The notes under the pieces: generated by a model
What the model saw: only the letters and a program-made list of their open reading frames with translations
What the model was told of the DNA's origin: nothing
Database searches by the model: none
Part shown: piece by piece, positions 20,865 through 31,913 of the stretch
Position numbering within the stretch: position 1 is the first letter of the stretch
Layout of the letters: each line of letters begins with the position of its first letter
Origin: Pseudomonadota bacterium
GTDB lineage: Bacteria; Pseudomonadota; Gammaproteobacteria; Burkholderiales; Nitrosomonadaceae
DNA length: 64,000 nucleotides
Direction of reading: 5' to 3'
NCBI GenBank assembly: GCA_018241205.1
Contig: JAFEEI010000008.1
Span: forward strand, 2,924 to 66,923
Program-made: the position numbers and the translations under genes

Positions 20865-22331
20865 TCAAAACTTCACTTGCACACGGTATTTAAGCGTCAC
20901 CGATCCCTCGGCGGGCACGTCCACTTTCCATAGCGCAGTATTGCTGGCAGGTTTATTGTGCGGATGACTCTCCTCGATGATTTTCCAATCGCCCGGTATG
21001 GGTTCTTGCACCATAACGGTTGCCGTTTCTTTTTTTGCATTTTTGAGCGTGATTTCATAAGCGCTTTCAAAGCGATTGGCGCTGCTGTTACCGGCATTGC
21101 CTGCACTCAATTGTTTGAAATCAATTTGTTTTTTATTAGCCGTCACGTCAAATGACTGACCCAATTGCACGTGTACCGGTTCGTTCTTCGGCGTATGATC
21201 GATCTGATCTTCACCGACAAATTGCGCATTGCCGGCTTTATCGCGCTTGTAGGCGCGCAAGACTCCCTTGGGTAGCGGCATGCCTAAACGGGCCGATGTT
21301 TTATTATCAAAATGCAGCCAAACATTCACTTTCAGTTTCTGTCCCAAGTCGCCATAGCTGGATGCATAGTAGTAGTCACTGCCCATCAATACCAGTTCTT
21401 TCCGGGCCGGCACACCGGCAGCATTCAGCAACGCAACCTGCTTGGTTTGATTTTCAGAGATTGTCGTTAACCTTTCCAAAGTGTAAAGGTGATAGTCCAT
21501 GAGCGATTCCTGACGCATCGGCTCAGCCATCGCAGCCGCGGCCAGCTTGGCTCTCTGCGCTACCGGCGCGGCAAGTTCCTGTTGCACCCGGTGCACATCG
21601 CCCGCCACTAATTGCAACTTCGCATTGGCGTAGCGCGTGCCGCTGGTATTCGTCAGCGTTACCCAAGCGGATAAATCCAGCTGATTCTCCGCATCATTCA
21701 ATTCAGCCACATAATCCGCTTTCCAGGATAAGCCGCCGGTTAAATAACTCAATTCCAGCTCCTCCGCTGCCGTGCCGGTGTGACTTCCATCAATCACCAG
21801 AGTAGGCCGGTCGCGCAAATTGCCGGGCACATTCTCAAAGGTGATACGGCCGGGCAAACCCGTTTCGATGCGATCAGCCATTCTGAGCACCACACCGTTA
21901 CCAGCCGCCAGCACAATGGCGCTCTCCCTGCTCTCCACTCCGGTAGCGGGATTGACTTTAACAATCGACACCGTTTGACCGACATACTTATTCAACAGAC
22001 TTTGCGGAGTCAGTAAATCAAAGTTAAAGTTTTGCTCCACTACCGCAATGCTGCCCGGATGCGTGATACTCCTTAGCGAAGCAGTCTCCGGCCGCATAAG
22101 CGCGCTGACATCGCGCCATGCCAAATTAAAATCACCATTGACCAAGGTAAGGTGGCGCACATCTTTTATCAGCGCTAAATCATTGTTATAAATGGTGACT
22201 GCGACGGATTTTTGATCTTTCAAGGTGCTCAACTGCTCATCGCTGGCCGCCATTGCAATGGCATGGCTCAATAGCAGTGTGCAACCGACTATCAATAAAG
22301 ACGAACAAAAAACAGAGTACATTTTGCTCAT
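20865..22331 (-). CDS. DUF4139 domain protein
   Basis: VTIYNNDLALIKD, EQNFNFDLL, LSYLTGGLSWKADY and FVGEDQIDHTP motifs; ATG at 22331. Confidence 0.85.
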   Translation of the reverse strand: MSKMYSVFCSSLLIVGCTLLLSHAIAMAASDEQLSTLKDQKSVAVTIYNNDLALIKDVRHLTLVNGDFNLAWRDVSALMRPETASLRSITHPGSIAVVEQNFNFDLLTPQSLLNKYVGQTVSIVKVNPATGVESRESAIVLAAGNGVVLRMADRIETGLPGRITFENVPGNLRDRPTLVIDGSHTGTAAEELELSYLTGGLSWKADYVAELNDAENQLDLSAWVTLTNTSGTRYANAKLQLVAGDVHRVQQELAAPVAQRAKLAAAAMAEPMRQESLMDYHLYTLERLTTISENQTKQVALLNAAGVPARKELVLMGSDYYYASSYGDLGQKLKVNVWLHFDNKTSARLGMPLPKGVLRAYKRDKAGNAQFVGEDQIDHTPKNEPVHVQLGQSFDVTANKKQIDFKQLSAGNAGNSSANRFESAYEITLKNAKKETATVMVQEPIPGDWKIIEESHPHNKPASNTALWKVDVPAEGSVTLKYRVQVKF

Positions 22332-22374
22332 AGAACTTACCTCCAAGACGAGGAGACAAATGCTGAAAACGGAT

Positions 22375-22734
22375 TTACTTATCCGGTTTGGGGCGCTCAA
22401 AAGATAGTACTTTAGCAGAAGGAGCATTTTCCAAGGAATCCAATAATTCCTTAGGTTCTTGCAATGCCTTCAGTAAACCACTCTCTCCTACCACATTAGT
22501 CCACATTTTTTGTGAAATTCGCAAACAGGCAGTCATTGGGTCATTGGTCTGTTTGCGAATTTGGTCAACTTGCCATTGCAAGCCTGTCATCCGCGGTTTG
22601 AGATGTGAGGGAATTTGCGCCATCAACTCATCGATCATTTGCTGACGCATCACTTCAAATCTCTCGGGTTCGTCCTGAGCGACCTTGCACCAATGGTCAA
22701 AATCAAAATCCGGTATTTTTTCTTTTTCATTCAT
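22375..22734 (-). CDS. DUF3135 domain protein
   Basis: FDFDHW...PERFE..R and GLQWQVD motifs. Confidence 0.75.
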   Translation of the reverse strand: MNEKEKIPDFDFDHWCKVAQDEPERFEVMRQQMIDELMAQIPSHLKPRMTGLQWQVDQIRKQTNDPMTACLRISQKMWTNVVGESGLLKALQEPKELLDSLENAPSAKVLSFERPKPDK

Positions 22735-23090
22735 AAAAGTATTCTAGCACTCCACTGCCAAAACTTGCGAGCGATGTTGAGTAATTTGGGCTACGCAAAC
22801 TCGCAATGAACCCGAATATATCCTGACACTAAGTGTCGCTCTTATACTTTTGGGCTAAGGAAGTTAAGCACATGCAGATATGTATTAACTTCCTCAGATA
22901 AATTTTAAAAAAGATATTATTTCCGTTCTCGAGCCAAAAAAGCAAAACTCAGACAACTCATTCATCCATCATGACTTGGATAGAAAAGTATCCAACGAGA
23001 AGCCAATTATACGGCAGCAGTTGCGCTTTACTGATTCCATAGTGCTTGGCCGATGCCGCTGCCTTTTTCGTAGCTTCTCCCTGAATCACT

Positions 23091-23291
23091 TCAACAGCAT
23101 CGATTCAACCGGCCTTTACCGCCGTAACGCGCTTCCTGCCGCTCACGGAAAAATTCCTCGTAAGTCATGATAGCGCGGCCGGGATGCACGGTTTTCATGT
23201 GCTCGACATACGTGCCGTACTCCGGCACGCCGATCATCAACCGCAAGCTTTGGGTAAGATAGCGAAAAGTCAGCGTCAGTGTGTTGTACAT
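23091..23291 (-). CDS. YbdD/YjiX (DUF466) small protein
   Basis: MIGVPEYGTYVEHM...YEEFFRERQEARYG...RCC; directly downstream of cstA. Confidence 0.92.
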   Translation of the reverse strand: MYNTLTLTFRYLTQSLRLMIGVPEYGTYVEHMKTVHPGRAIMTYEEFFRERQEARYGGKGRLNRCC

Positions 23292-23304
23292 ATTTCAATC
23301 TCCA

Positions 23305-25380
23305 TTATTTGTTGTTGACGGTTGTGTAAGCGGGCAACAGCTCGAACGGCGCTTCCTGCGTGGTCGAGTGTTGAGCCATGCGCGCTTGCAACACAGTACG
23401 GATACCGAACAGCAGCATACTGATCAATACCGTCATAAACAATCCCGCCAAGGTAGTGTTGACGTAATCGTTGAAAATCACTTGCTGCATTTGTTCGAGT
23501 GATTTCGCCGGCGCCAGCACGATGCCTTGCGTCACTGCGTCCTGGTATTTCTCCGCATGCGCGAGAAAGCCGATGCGCGGGTTATCGTGGAAAATCTTTT
23601 GCCAGGCGGCGGTCAACGTGCAAGTGCACACCCACACTAGCGGGATCGCCGTGATCCAGGCGAAGCGGTCGAGTTTCATCTTGAACAGCACGCAAGTGCA
23701 CAGAATCAACGCAATACCGGCGAGCATTTGGTTGGCGATACCGAACAGCGGCCACAGCGTATTGATGCCGCCCAGCGGGTCGATCACGCCTTGATACAGA
23801 AAATATCCCCAGCCGGATACGCAAATGCCGGTGGCGATCAGGCTGGCCACCAGCGAATCGGTGCGTTTCATCGCCGGCACGAACGAACCGAGCAAATCCT
23901 GCAGCATGAAACGCCCGGCGCGCGTTCCGGCGTCGACCGCGGTCAGAATGAACAAGGCTTCGAACAGAATCGCAAAGTGATACCAAAACGCCATCATGGC
24001 CGTGCCGCCCGCCACTTCCGAGAGGATCTGCGCCATGCCGACTGCCAGTGTCGGTGCGCCGCCGGTGCGCGAAATGATGCTATGTTCACCGACATTTTGC
24101 GCGGTTTGCGTGATCATTTCCGGCGTAATGTAGAAACCCCATTGCGAAATGGCTTGCACTGCCGATTCTGCCGTGGTGCCGATAATCGCCGCAGGGCTGT
24201 TCATCGCGAAATAAATGCCGGGTTCGAGTGCTGCCGCGGCCACCAGCGCCATGATCGCGACGAATGATTCCATCAGCATCGCGCCGTAACCGATGAAGCG
24301 CGCATCGGTTTCGTTCTGAATCATTTTCGGCGTGGTGCCGGAGGCGATCAGCGAATGAAAACCGGAAATCGCGCCGCACGCTACGGTGACGAACAGAAAC
24401 GGGAACAGATCGCCCGACCACACCGGGCCAGTGCCGTCGATGAATTGCGTTAGCGCGGGCATTTTCAGTTCCGGCGAAATGATGATCACGCCGATGGCTA
24501 GCCCAGCGATGGTGCCGATCTTCAGAAAGGTCGACAAATAATCGCGCGGCGCGAGCAAAAGCCAAACCGGTAATACCGAGGCGATGAAACCATAACCGAT
24601 CAACGCCCAGGTCAGCTGCTCACCAGTCAAAGTGAACATCGCCGCCCATACCGGGTCTTCCTGCACGTATTGTCCAGCGACGATCGACAACATCAGCAGC
24701 ACAAATCCGATCAGCGACACTTCGGCAATCGCGCACGGCCGGAAATAACGCGAATAAACACCCATGAACATCGCAATCGGAATCGTCGCGGCGACAGTGA
24801 ACATGCCCCACGGCGACTCGGCCAGCGCTTTGACCACGATCAGCGACAACACCGCCAGCAAGATCAGCATGATGAAGAACGCACCGAATAGCGCGATCAT
24901 GCCGGGAGTGTGCCCTAACTCGGACTTGATCAGATCGCCAAGTGAACGGGCGTTGCGGCGCGTCGATACGAACAGCACGATGAAATCCTGCACCGCCCCG
25001 GCGAACACCACCCCGGCCAACAACCACAACATGCCCGGCAAATAGCCCATCTGCGCCGCCAGGATCGGCCCGACCAACGGCCCGGCCCCGGCAATCGCCG
25101 CGAAATGATGACCGAACAACACGTATTTGTTGGTCGGCACATGATCCAAGCCGTCATTGTGCTTATGCGCTGGGGTCATGCGCATGACGTCCAGTTTCAA
25201 CACCCGGGTCGCAATGAACAAGCTGTAGAAACGGAAGGCGATCAAATACACGCACACCGCCGCAATGACGATCCAGATCGCACTGATCGACTCGCCGCGA
25301 TTCAGGGCAATGACCGCGAAGGCGGATGCGCCCATGAGGGAAAAAAGTATCCAGCCGAGTTTCGTGATTAAATTATTCAT
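23305..25380 (-). CDS. cstA: Carbon starvation CstA family transporter
   Basis: FGHHFAAIAGAGPLVGP, PRDYLSTF and LWPLFGIANQML motifs. Confidence 0.95.
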   Translation of the reverse strand: MNNLITKLGWILFSLMGASAFAVIALNRGESISAIWIVIAAVCVYLIAFRFYSLFIATRVLKLDVMRMTPAHKHNDGLDHVPTNKYVLFGHHFAAIAGAGPLVGPILAAQMGYLPGMLWLLAGVVFAGAVQDFIVLFVSTRRNARSLGDLIKSELGHTPGMIALFGAFFIMLILLAVLSLIVVKALAESPWGMFTVAATIPIAMFMGVYSRYFRPCAIAEVSLIGFVLLMLSIVAGQYVQEDPVWAAMFTLTGEQLTWALIGYGFIASVLPVWLLLAPRDYLSTFLKIGTIAGLAIGVIIISPELKMPALTQFIDGTGPVWSGDLFPFLFVTVACGAISGFHSLIASGTTPKMIQNETDARFIGYGAMLMESFVAIMALVAAAALEPGIYFAMNSPAAIIGTTAESAVQAISQWGFYITPEMITQTAQNVGEHSIISRTGGAPTLAVGMAQILSEVAGGTAMMAFWYHFAILFEALFILTAVDAGTRAGRFMLQDLLGSFVPAMKRTDSLVASLIATGICVSGWGYFLYQGVIDPLGGINTLWPLFGIANQMLAGIALILCTCVLFKMKLDRFAWITAIPLVWVCTCTLTAAWQKIFHDNPRIGFLAHAEKYQDAVTQGIVLAPAKSLEQMQQVIFNDYVNTTLAGLFMTVLISMLLFGIRTVLQARMAQHSTTQEAPFELLPAYTTVNNK

Positions 25381-25637
25381 TTATTTTCCAGTAGAAAAAG
25401 TAGATCAATAAAAGCAGATTGTAGCTGGCTATCTACAACTACACATGATTCTGCTTTGCAGCTAAAAAATAACAAACCAACGTAATCACTACAATCACGA
25501 TAGAATTCAGCGCTATTGGGAAGTGATATACGGTGGATTGCAGACTATACAGCTGGCGCGGCTTTGTAGACACAACTGAAGAACCAATGATAGATTTCAA
25601 TCTGTAAGTTACGTATCAGATCAGTACGATAAATCTT

Positions 25638-26555
25638 TTATGTCTTTGTGGCCGAATCACCGGATCGCAGCAGCTTATGATAAAAACTCAAGCGCTTGCG
25701 ATGTATTTTTTCTTCCTCTACTGCCCGTATCACAGCACAGCCGGGTTCCTTGAGATGACGGCAGTTGCTGAACTTGCATTGTCCGATATAAGGATGAAAT
25801 TCAATGAAGCCCCATGCCAGGTTTTCTTCTTTGATATGGCTCAGGCCGAATTCCTGGAAACCGGGAGAATCGATGATGGCGCTGTTTTCATCCAGATAGT
25901 AGAGCTGCGAATGCGTGGTGGTGTGTGTGCCGGAGTCGAGCGCTTCCGATATTTCCGCAGTGGCGCGGCGGGCTTCCGGGATTAAAGCATTGAGCAGTGT
26001 GGATTTGCCCATGCCGGATTGACCGGCCAAAACGCTGACATGACCGGTCAAGTAAGGCGGCAATGCTGAAATATCTTGGATTGCGCTTAATTGCAGCACG
26101 GTGTAACCAAGCTCCTGATACAGCGAGAGTGTTTTCATCGCTGTTTGCGCCGACTCCACGAGATCGGTTTTGTTCAGCACGATCAATACTTCGATGTTTT
26201 CGCTTTCGGCGGCGACCAGGCAGCGGCTGATCAGTTCTTCGCTAAAGCTCGGAATCGCCGCAACTACGATGATGATTTGCGTCACGTTAGCGGCGATGAT
26301 TTTTTCCTTGAAGGCGTCGCTACGGTACAGCAACGAACTGCGTGGCTGGATCGTTTCGATGACACCCTGCCCGGCGGTAGTAAGCTGGTATTCAACCCGG
26401 TCGCCGCAAGCGACACCGCCTTTTTTGCCGCGCATGACGCAGGAAACGATCCCGTTTGCCTCGGTTTCAACCGAATAGTGCCTGCCAAAAGCGGCAATCA
26501 CCCGTCCGGTTAAAGATGCTTTTTGGTGTTTTGAATTTTGCGGGCGATTACTCAA
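25638..26555 (-). CDS. rsgA: Ribosome small subunit-dependent GTPase A
   Basis: NKTD, GQSGMGKST, HTTT, DSPG and CKFSNCRHLKEPGC motifs. Confidence 0.95.
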   Translation of the reverse strand: MSNRPQNSKHQKASLTGRVIAAFGRHYSVETEANGIVSCVMRGKKGGVACGDRVEYQLTTAGQGVIETIQPRSSLLYRSDAFKEKIIAANVTQIIIVVAAIPSFSEELISRCLVAAESENIEVLIVLNKTDLVESAQTAMKTLSLYQELGYTVLQLSAIQDISALPPYLTGHVSVLAGQSGMGKSTLLNALIPEARRATAEISEALDSGTHTTTHSQLYYLDENSAIIDSPGFQEFGLSHIKEENLAWGFIEFHPYIGQCKFSNCRHLKEPGCAVIRAVEEEKIHRKRLSFYHKLLRSGDSATKT

Positions 26556-26893
26556 ATGGCAAACAATTTGTCGATTTTTGCCGCGCAGATGAAATCATTT
26601 TCGGATAAACCGCCGATGGCATGCGTGGTGTATGTGATCACGCATTGATTGTAACCAACCAACATGTCCGGATGATGATCCTCGCGATGCGAAACCCACG
26701 CCACGGCGTTCACAAACGCCATGGTTTGATAGTAATTCTTGAACGCGTAAGTTTTGCTGATGCACTTGTCTTGCAGTTGCCAGCCCTCCACTTGCTGCAG
26801 GAAAGCGGTTACCTCAGAACCGGAAAGCGGCGGCACGCCGCCTTCGCATGGCTTACATTGCTTGGATGTCAAATCGCAGACGGTCGTGTTCAT
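26552..26893 (-). CDS. phhB: Pterin-4-alpha-carbinolamine dehydratase
   Basis: EDHHPD and THAIGGLSENDFICAAKID motifs. Confidence 0.92.
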   Translation of the reverse strand: MNTTVCDLTSKQCKPCEGGVPPLSGSEVTAFLQQVEGWQLQDKCISKTYAFKNYYQTMAFVNAVAWVSHREDHHPDMLVGYNQCVITYTTHAIGGLSENDFICAAKIDKLFAI

Positions 26894-28146
26894 ACTTGCC
26901 CCTGGCTTTGTAAATGTGCCACGCGGATGGATGCGGGCGGGTGCGAATCGTAAAAAGCCGAATGCAGCGGATCCGGCGTCAGTGTGGCCGCATTGTCCTG
27001 ATACAACTTGACCAGTGCGCGCACCAGATCGTCCGCGGAGGAATTTTGCGCCGCATAGGCATCGGCTTCAAACTCGTGCTTACGTGAGTAAAGGCTGGAA
27101 ATGGGGTGCAGCAGGAACGTGAACACCGGCATCATCAGAAAAAACAACAAAAGCGCCATCGCCGTCGACGGTACGGTGGCAACATCTACGCCCAAGCCTT
27201 GGTAAAACCAGCCTTGCTGCATCAAATAACCCAATAACCATAAAAATGCCAAACTCATCGCAAACGATACCACGATGCGTTTAATGACATGGCGATGCTT
27301 GAAATGCCCCAGTTCATGCGCCAATACCGCTTCAATTTCGCTTGGATTCAGGCGTGCCAATAATGTATCGAAAAAAACGATACGCTTGGTTTTACCGAAT
27401 CCGGTGAAGTATGCATTACCATGATTGCTGCGGCGCGAACCGTCCATAACGAACAAGCCGCTGGCTTTGAAACCGCATTTGCTCATCAGTTGTTCAATGC
27501 GCGTTTTGAGCGTGGCGTCTTCCAGCGGTGTGAATTTGTTAAACAAAGGTGCAATCCAGGTTGGAAAAATCGCCAGGACGAATAAATTGAAAGCGATCCA
27601 GGCAAACCAAGCATACAGCCACCAACTTTCACCCATTTTTTCCATCAACCACAGCACGCAAAACAACAACGGCGCGCCCAGCAACAACCCCAGCGCGGCT
27701 TGCTTGATCAGATCGGTGAAAAACATGACCGGTGTCATTTTATTGAAACCGTATCGCTCTTCGATTACAAACGTGCGGTAATAACTCAGCGGCAGCTCAG
27801 CCAGGCTCATCAGCAAAAATGTGCTGATGATCAGCGCCATACCATGCATCAAAGGATCACTCAGCCAGCCGGCCCAGAATTCGCTCAAGACATTCAAACC
27901 GCCACCCAGTGTAAAAGCCAGCAATAGCACGACATGCAGCAAAATGCCCGGATAATCCATGCGCGTTTTGGCACAAGTGTAATCCGCTGCTTTGCGGTGA
28001 TCGCTCAGACTGATCTGGCTGGAAAACTCTTCCGGCACCTTGTCCTGATGCGCACGCACATAGCGGATATGCCTTGCGGCCAACCAGATCTGGGTTAATG
28101 TCGTAAGCACTAGCGCAATCAGAAAAATCAATGTAAATGTTTGCAT
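26890..28146 (-). CDS. M48 (Ste24-like) zinc metalloprotease
   Basis: NAYFTGFG, HELGH, EFEAD and SHPP motifs. Confidence 0.93.
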   Translation of the reverse strand: MQTFTLIFLIALVLTTLTQIWLAARHIRYVRAHQDKVPEEFSSQISLSDHRKAADYTCAKTRMDYPGILLHVVLLLAFTLGGGLNVLSEFWAGWLSDPLMHGMALIISTFLLMSLAELPLSYYRTFVIEERYGFNKMTPVMFFTDLIKQAALGLLLGAPLLFCVLWLMEKMGESWWLYAWFAWIAFNLFVLAIFPTWIAPLFNKFTPLEDATLKTRIEQLMSKCGFKASGLFVMDGSRRSNHGNAYFTGFGKTKRIVFFDTLLARLNPSEIEAVLAHELGHFKHRHVIKRIVVSFAMSLAFLWLLGYLMQQGWFYQGLGVDVATVPSTAMALLLFFLMMPVFTFLLHPISSLYSRKHEFEADAYAAQNSSADDLVRALVKLYQDNAATLTPDPLHSAFYDSHPPASIRVAHLQSQGQV

Positions 28147-28299
28147 AATCAATTATCTTGAGTTTGAAAGTTTAAATTCACCTGGCATTAAATGATCACC
28201 GCAAAATTAACCGGCATTTCCCCGGTTTGTTTAAAAGTGACGGACTAACGGCGATATGACACAATTAAACGCATTACATTCAAAAAAACAGAAATCATT

Positions 28300-28845
28300 A
28301 TGGCACAAGATAGCAATAACCTCATCTGGATCGACATGGAAATGACCGGACTCAATCCCGATGCTGACCGCATCATTGAAGTCGCTTTGGTTATCACCGA
28401 TTCGCAGCTCAACACCATAGCCGAAGGGCCGGTTTTGGTCGTGCATCAATCGGATGAGGTGTTAAACGGTATGGACAAATGGAATCAATCGACGCATTCC
28501 AAATCCGGCCTGATCGGCAAGGTGAAAGCTTCGCGACTCAGCGAGGCAGAAGTGGAAGCGCAACTGATCGAATTTCTGAAACTGCACGTGCCCTCGGGCG
28601 TATCACCGATGTGCGGCAACTCCATCTGCCAGGACCGGCGCTTCATGGTGCGCTCGATGCCGCAATTGGAAGCCTATTTTCATTACCGCAACCTCGATGT
28701 CAGCACCTTGAAAGAATTGGTCAAACGCTGGAAACCCGGGATCGCAAGCGGACTCAGCAAAGAAAGCAAGCATGAAGCATTGGCGGATATTTATGATTCC
28801 ATCAATGAATTGAAGTATTACCGCCAGCATTTTATCGTCGCTTGA
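28300..28845 (+). CDS. orn: Oligoribonuclease
   Basis: [19 protein letters not shown] and [13 protein letters not shown] motifs. Confidence 0.97.
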   Translation: MAQDSNNLIWIDMEMTGLNPDADRIIEVALVITDSQLNTIAEGPVLVVHQSDEVLNGMDKWNQSTHSKSGLIGKVKASRLSEAEVEAQLIEFLKLHVPSGVSPMCGNSICQDRRFMVRSMPQLEAYFHYRNLDVSTLKELVKRWKPGIASGLSKESKHEALADIYDSINELKYYRQHFIVA

Positions 28846-28892
28846 AACTTTTGATCTTTCATACATTCACCCTCTCATTTAGGAGAAACAAG

Positions 28893-29252
28893 ATGAGCCT
28901 TAGAAGAAATGTGATTTTTGTCGCTGTTGCAACCCCCCTCTTACTCGCAATCAGCGCAACAACCGCTTTGGCTGCCGATGCTACACAAGGCGGACAAGCA
29001 TCCGGCCATAGTCATGGCGATGCGAAATCCGGCGATCAGCATGGTCACCAATGTGAGCACATGTCGGCTGTCGACACGAATAAGGATGGCAAAATCAGCA
29101 AGGAAGAGTTCATGAAGCACCATGAAGCCATGTTTGACAAAAAAGATGTCAATAAGGATGGTTTCATTGACCGCGAGGAAATGCATCGCATGATGGACCA
29201 TATGCATAATCATGGCGATGACGGACATACCCATGACGAAACAAAGAAATAA
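28893..29252 (+). CDS. Exported His-rich EF-hand protein
   Basis: AGGAG SD; signal peptide; EF loops DTNKDGKISKEE and DVNKDGFIDREE; His-rich ends. Confidence 0.85.
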   Translation: MSLRRNVIFVAVATPLLLAISATTALAADATQGGQASGHSHGDAKSGDQHGHQCEHMSAVDTNKDGKISKEEFMKHHEAMFDKKDVNKDGFIDREEMHRMMDHMHNHGDDGHTHDETKK

Positions 29253-29289
29253 AAGCGCCTAGTAGAGAGTCAATAATCTACCGTTTCAA

Positions 29290-29336
29290 GCTGACAGCCG
29301 CCCGGTTTCCCGTTATTTCCCCATGCGGCTGTCAGC
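29290..29336. terminator. Hairpin between convergent genes
   Basis: Perfect 12-bp inverted repeat GCTGACAGCCGC / GCGGCTGTCAGC. Confidence 0.55.
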
Positions 29337-29364
29337 ATTCCAATTTCCAATCAAGTTAATCGGC

Positions 29365-30765
29365 TCAATGCCTTAAACCGCTCGGCGCTTTTGCCGGTGC
29401 TTTTTGTTCCAATGGTTGCGGATCCAGTATGGCCACGGTCAGGCTGTCGTCGTTGAAATATCTCTTCGCCACATCGCGTATTTGCGCTGCGGTAACCATT
29501 TTCAGCTTTTCCAGGATGACATCGATATCGCGGTAAGACAACCCGGTGCTTTCCAGCCTGCCCAGTTGCATCGCTTGGGAAAAAATGGAATCGCGCTGAT
29601 ACACATGACCGGCGACAACTTGCGCCTTGACCCGTGCCAATTCTTCCTCGGTAACACCGTCTTTGACGATTTTTTCAATTTCTTTGCGCAGCGCTTGCTC
29701 CAGCTCGGCAACGGTTTTACCGGCACGCGGCACCGCACTCAGAAAGAACATGCTCGAACCACGCGCCATTGCGCTATAACCTGCATTGGCCGAATTCGCG
29801 ATTTGGCTTTCCCGCACCAGACTCTTGTTCAATCTGGCCGATGCATGACCGTCCAGCACGCCTTCTAATATTTCCAGCGCATATGGCTCCCAGTCCGCCA
29901 TGACGTCTTTAATCGTCGGCGTATGATAACCCATCATGAGGTAGGGCAGCTCCGCCGGTGCTTTGACGATGATGCGCTTGGTACCGGTTTGCGGCGGTTC
30001 GGTTTGGGGTTTGCGGGCGCTGATCGGCAATAAAGGATGTTTAGCAATTGTGCCGTAGTTTTTTTGCGCCAACCTGAATACTTCGTTGGCGTCGACATCG
30101 CCGACAATAACCAGAATTGCGTTATTGGGCGCATACCAGCGGTCGTACCATTCGCGCGCATCCGCAACCGTCATATTTTCCAGATCGCTCATCCAGCCGA
30201 TAATCGGATTTTTGTACGGATGCGACTGGTACGCGACCGCCATCATCTTTTCATACAACAATGAACGCGCTTGATCATCGGTGCGCAAACGCCGTTCTTC
30301 CATCACCACTTTGATTTCTTTTGCAAACTCTTCCTCAGTCAGAATCAGGTTGCGCATGCGATCCGCTTCCAGTTCCATTGCCATCGGCAAATGGTCTTTG
30401 TGCAGCTGCTGATAATAGGCGGTGTAATCGTAGCTGGTAAAAGCGTTTTCTCGTCCACCCGCGGCTGCAATGCGTTTGGAAAATTCTCCACCCGGAACTT
30501 TCTTCGTACCTTTGAACATCATATGCTCCAGCACATGCGCCACACCGGTAACGCCGTTTACTTCGTCAATGCTGCCTGCTTTGTACCAGATTTGCGTCAC
30601 CACGACCGGTGAGCGATGATCCTGCTTAACAATCAATCTCAAGCCATTATCTAGCAGATATTCGTGCGGATTGGCAATCGCCGGAGATGAAGTCAGCACA
30701 GCCGCGGTAAACAGTGCGGAAAAAGAGAAAAGGCGAAACAAAGTAAAACAATCATCAGGTTTCAT
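29365..30765 (-). CDS. M16 family zinc peptidase
   Basis: HVLEHMMFKGT inverted zincin motif, ENAFTS and WYAPNNA. Confidence 0.93.
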   Translation of the reverse strand: MKPDDCFTLFRLFSFSALFTAAVLTSSPAIANPHEYLLDNGLRLIVKQDHRSPVVVTQIWYKAGSIDEVNGVTGVAHVLEHMMFKGTKKVPGGEFSKRIAAAGGRENAFTSYDYTAYYQQLHKDHLPMAMELEADRMRNLILTEEEFAKEIKVVMEERRLRTDDQARSLLYEKMMAVAYQSHPYKNPIIGWMSDLENMTVADAREWYDRWYAPNNAILVIVGDVDANEVFRLAQKNYGTIAKHPLLPISARKPQTEPPQTGTKRIIVKAPAELPYLMMGYHTPTIKDVMADWEPYALEILEGVLDGHASARLNKSLVRESQIANSANAGYSAMARGSSMFFLSAVPRAGKTVAELEQALRKEIEKIVKDGVTEEELARVKAQVVAGHVYQRDSIFSQAMQLGRLESTGLSYRDIDVILEKLKMVTAAQIRDVAKRYFNDDSLTVAILDPQPLEQKAPAKAPSGLRH

Positions 30766-30846
30766 TTTTACCAACCAAAATGTAAGTAAACAGAATAAAA
30801 TTAGGCTTTGAGAATTTCCAATATATCAGTAGAAGAGCCTACCAGA

Positions 30847-31890
30847 ATGTTCAGTTTTTTTAAATCCAAAAAGGATCCTGCGGAATCCGACGGAACACCG
30901 GCTTCGCCCGGTACCGATGCATCAGCCGCAGCTGGAGTCGAAGCCAAACCGGAAGAACCGATAAGCTTTGCCGCCAAACTTAAGCAAGGATTGGCACGCA
31001 CTCGGCAAAATCTGAGCAAACAGTTATCGAGCTTATTTGGCGGCGGCAAGATCGATGAGGCGCTTTACGAAGAATTGGAGACCATTTTACTCACCTCCGA
31101 CATCGGTGTCAGTGCAACACAGCAGTTACTCGAGAATCTGCGTAAACGGGTCACACGCGACGCCTTAACTGATTCGGCGCAATTGAAGGAAGCATTGAAA
31201 GAGCTACTCGTCGCCATGCTGGAACCGCTGGCGCAACCTCTGGATACCACCGCGCACAAACCGTTTGTCATCATGATCACTGGTGTCAACGGCGTGGGCA
31301 AAACCACGTCGATCGGCAAACTGGCCAAATATTTTCAGGGACAAGGTAAATCGGTATTGCTGGCTGCCGGCGACACTTTCCGCGCGGCAGCGCGCGAACA
31401 GTTGATGGCTTGGGGGGAACGCAATAATGTCACCGTGATTGCGCCAGATAGCGATCCGGACAAAAAAAGCGATCCCGCTGCGGTAATTTTTGATGCGGTC
31501 AATTCAGCCAAAGCGCGTAGCATCGATATCGTGCTGGCGGATACCGCCGGACGGCTAACTACACAACTGCATTTGATGGAAGAAATCAAGAAGGTGAAAC
31601 GCGTGATCGCTAAAGCCATGCCCGATGCACCGCATGAAGTGCTATTGGTGCTCGATGCGAACACGGGACAAAACGCCATCACACAAGTGAAAGCGTTTGA
31701 TGAAGCGCTGGACGTTACCGGTTTGATTCTGACCAAACTGGACGGCACCGCCAAAGGTGGCGTGGTGGCTGCGATTGCCGGACAGTATCCGGAAAATCCG
31801 CCAGCGTTGCGCTTTATCGGCGTCGGTGAAGGGGTGGATGACTTGAGGCCGTTTGATGCCAGGCAGTTCGTTGATGCATTGTTTGATTGA
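30847..31890 (+). CDS. ftsY: Signal recognition particle receptor FtsY
   Basis: GVNGVGKTT, DTFRAAA, DTAGR and TKLDGTAKGG motifs. Confidence 0.97.
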   Translation: MFSFFKSKKDPAESDGTPASPGTDASAAAGVEAKPEEPISFAAKLKQGLARTRQNLSKQLSSLFGGGKIDEALYEELETILLTSDIGVSATQQLLENLRKRVTRDALTDSAQLKEALKELLVAMLEPLAQPLDTTAHKPFVIMITGVNGVGKTTSIGKLAKYFQGQGKSVLLAAGDTFRAAAREQLMAWGERNNVTVIAPDSDPDKKSDPAAVIFDAVNSAKARSIDIVLADTAGRLTTQLHLMEEIKKVKRVIAKAMPDAPHEVLLVLDANTGQNAITQVKAFDEALDVTGLILTKLDGTAKGGVVAAIAGQYPENPPALRFIGVGEGVDDLRPFDARQFVDALFD

Positions 31891-31913
31891 ACGAGACAAC
31901 TAACACAGGGCAT

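Noticed and set aside
22744-22996. Half-CIRCE (CTAGCACTC) and palindromes such as AGGAAGTTAA...TTAACTTCCT at 22858-22894
   Set aside because: There is no second CIRCE arm, and the palindromes cannot be assigned to a regulator or RNA from sequence alone.
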